NCBI RefSeq assembly: GCF_000150275.1
Contig: NW_002060951.1
Span: 3,152,238-3,210,713 of the forward strand
Source of the DNA: Trichoplax adhaerens
Taxonomy: Eukaryota > Animalia > Placozoa
Length of the DNA: 58,476 nucleotides
Direction: 5' to 3'
Positions 56,122 to 58,476 of this stretch are shown piece by piece (within the stretch, counting starts at the first letter, position 1; each line of letters begins with the position of its first letter). Under the pieces are notes generated by a model. That model worked only from the letters and a program-made list of their open reading frames with translations, was not told the origin of the DNA and made no database searches. Made by a program: the position numbers and the translations under genes.

Positions 56122-57353
56122 TTCTGATACAGATATACGGGTATATGCCATACACGTAAATCACCGCAGTATGTTCGCCAGAGTCGAAGGCAGGATATGC
56201 TGTGCAGTATAGTACGTAAGTTGATGTTTACAGTACGCTGAGTTTGTTTATTGCCTATGACATGAAATCTAGAATTTATTCTTTATTACTCTTTCACGCG
56301 CCGAAACTTCCTTGAAATATTTATACTTCCTGCATACGAGCGTCATAAGGTAATGGGACTCTAGTATTTTCCGGTGTACTGGATCTTGCGCAAGGTCTCG
56401 GTTAAAGTAATTTTCAAGTTAGTTAAAAATCATTAGGAAGTGGTAATTATATTGTTTATAATACATATATTTTGCTAGTAAATTTTAAGTAACGGTACTT
56501 TACTTAATTGTTAGGATACTAATATGTATACTCTTAGAGACATCGTCTTTCATGCTGGATAGCATTTATACGTGCTTATGTACTGCTCAATACTACATAA
56601 GCAAGTAGTTATGATGTACTGTACGTTTTTAATACCAGATAATGCTTCTAATAGAACTACCTGCAAGTTTAACCGCTCCGATTTACGTCGTAACTATGAT
56701 CTAGTGATAAATGGGAGTGTCTATGTAAAATTCATTACCATCTATTGTTAATAGATAGATTGAACGCGCACTTCATCAAGGCAACGAAAATCGAGTATAA
56801 TCTTAGCCAGTATTCTTATGAATTACGTGGCGTACTATAAAGCCTTAATGTATAATCGTAAAAACGAAAGTAAATTTTACTACAGCAATACTTAAGTATG
56901 TTCTATTTGATTAACTTGTGCTGCTTTTTAGATTCATGCACAAATGCAACTATGGTTATTGTTGATGACTGCTGTAGCGCAAAATGTAGTGTAGGCGATG
57001 GCTGCAGAAATCACACTGTATTAACTTCGTAGGCGAGCAAAGTACGGTATAGGAGACTGCAACATAATTTACATTGTAACTACTGCATACCTCCTGCAAG
57101 TATTGCGATTAATTATGCACACACAAATACTGTGATTATGAAAAATGCTCTACTGTACTATGATGGTACAGAAATGATACTTAATATGTGTTGTTCATTA
57201 TATCAATATATATGATACCATATAGCGCACATTAACTTCGTCAGCTACGTCTTCATGTAACGCAGTATAGAAGAATAAAGTAACCTGGTATTTCCACCCT
57301 CGTGTTTGATTTTTCCTTGGGTGACATTAATAGTTATTTCGGAGTAATATCAA

Positions 57354-57760
57354 ATGGCTACTTCAGAGAAGGCCACAGATCCTAAAATGGATGTTACTGA
57401 GATAAGGTACGGCATTACCTCTAATGATTGGAAAGCTTATTCGAATGTTTTCGAGCAATAATGTGCGACGTCAATATTACGACAAATTTTCAGTATGCTC
57501 GTTATTTGGTTGCATTAGCCTTCGTGCTATAAGATTCTGATAAATCTAGCACAATCAGGTTGCCTGACGTAAAGCTAATGGAAATTAACGAAATTTTAAG
57601 CACGGATTTTGAACTAACACATCCCATGGATGCTAAACGATACTATTTATTTACGGCCAAACAAAAAGAAAATGAATCTCTACAAAACTTCGTCGCTCAC
57701 GTCCAGCAAATTGCCTCCACCTGTAAATTTGCGTCCAACACGCTAATATTCCATTACTAG
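57354..57760 (+). mobile_element. Degenerate Ty3/Gypsy-type LTR retrotransposon gag remnant (pseudogene)
   Basis: MATSEK..NDWKAYSNVFEQ* (TAA at 57459), then YKILINLA, then after a frameshift EILSTDFE..AKRYYLFTAKQKENESLQNFVAHVQQIASTCKF. Fits the gag pattern W..Y...FEQY / Y.LL..L / R..F....Q...ES...FV..L..LA..C.F. No pol or LTR seen. Confidence 0.7.
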
Positions 57761-58039
57761 GAACTACTCGAAAAAAGTTCATGACATAAAAATGAAAAAA
57801 GAGAGGGGCTGGAAACAAACTTACAGTACAAACAATGCGGAGGGGGGGGGGGGGGGGTAATATTTTTTGAACTTACTACAATACGTAGGACTACCGTGAA
57901 GCGGTTGTTAATAGAGTAAAAGAATTAGTATTTGAACGAGCTACAGTATAGCGAACGAACTTACAACATCTCAAACGCAGGCCACATCGATGACAACTCC
58001 AGAAAATTACGTAATAAAGCATGGTAATAAAATTTCAAA

Positions 58040-58265
58040 AATTAGCTGCAATTGCGTAAAAATGACGATTAAAGCGAAAATAAGGAATCACTGAGTTAAG
58101 TTCGGCAAAGTGACGAATATATCTGCAATTACGTAAGTTGAGGATTAAAGTAGAAATAAACGGTAGTTGAATTAGGTTCAGTAAGATGACGAAATTAGCT
58201 AGAATTGTACGCTAAATTGACGGTTAATGCAAAAATAAGGAATCATCAAGTTAAATTTGCCAATT
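58040..58265 (+). repeat. Telomere-adjacent degenerate ~77-bp tandem repeat (3 copies)
   Basis: ctgcaatt(g/a)cgtaa..tga.gattaaag..aaataa recurs at ~58046, ~58123 and ~58199; aaaataaggaatca occurs twice. Confidence 0.7.
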
Positions 58266-58320
58266 CTGAATATACTACTAAATATTCAAATAACAAGTCA
58301 AGATGCAAATGTTCTGTAAT

Positions 58321-58476
58321 GGGTTAGGGTTAGGGTTAGGGTTAGGGTTAGGGTTAGGGTTAGGGTTAGGGTTAGGGTTAGGGTTAGGGTTAGGGTTAGG
58401 GTTAGGGTTAGGGTTAGGGTTAGGGTTAGGGTTAGGGTTAGGGTTAGGGTTAGGGTTAGGGTTAGGGTTAGGGTTA
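58321..58476 (+). repeat. Telomeric repeat (TTAGGG)n, 26 units, chromosome end
   Basis: Perfect GGGTTA array running to the last base, with the G-rich strand 5'->3' toward the end as expected for a true telomere. Confidence 0.98.

Overview
AT-rich, intron-dense animal genomic DNA ending in a correctly oriented (TTAGGG)n telomere, i.e. the last ~58 kb of a chromosome arm. Compact gene spacing, short introns, low GC and an N-gapped assembly suggest a small-genome non-bilaterian such as the placozoan Trichoplax; that assignment is inference only. Seven conserved spliced genes were reconstructed by hand: SGPL1 (-), PFDN1 (+), FAM13-type RhoGAP (-), CDKL2/3-like kinase (-), KLHL2/3-like kelch (+), class I eIF4E (-) and STAMBP/AMSH (+). 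Six of them form three head-to-head pairs. The left ~7.5 kb holds a ~2 kb near-identical duplication across the N gap (probably an uncollapsed allele), the 3' exons of an unidentified gene, MITE-like inverted repeats and a foldback-like structure built from a self-complementary 47-bp unit. The subtelomere holds a 298-bp tandem duplication, a decayed Gypsy-type gag remnant and a ~77-bp repeat. The most striking unexplained signal is dense palindromic (TACAG/CTGTA)n pentamer 'islands' at the 5' end of every recognised gene, plus one orphan island. Human homologues of all seven genes lie in one paralogon (4q/5q/10q/2p), suggesting deep conserved linkage.
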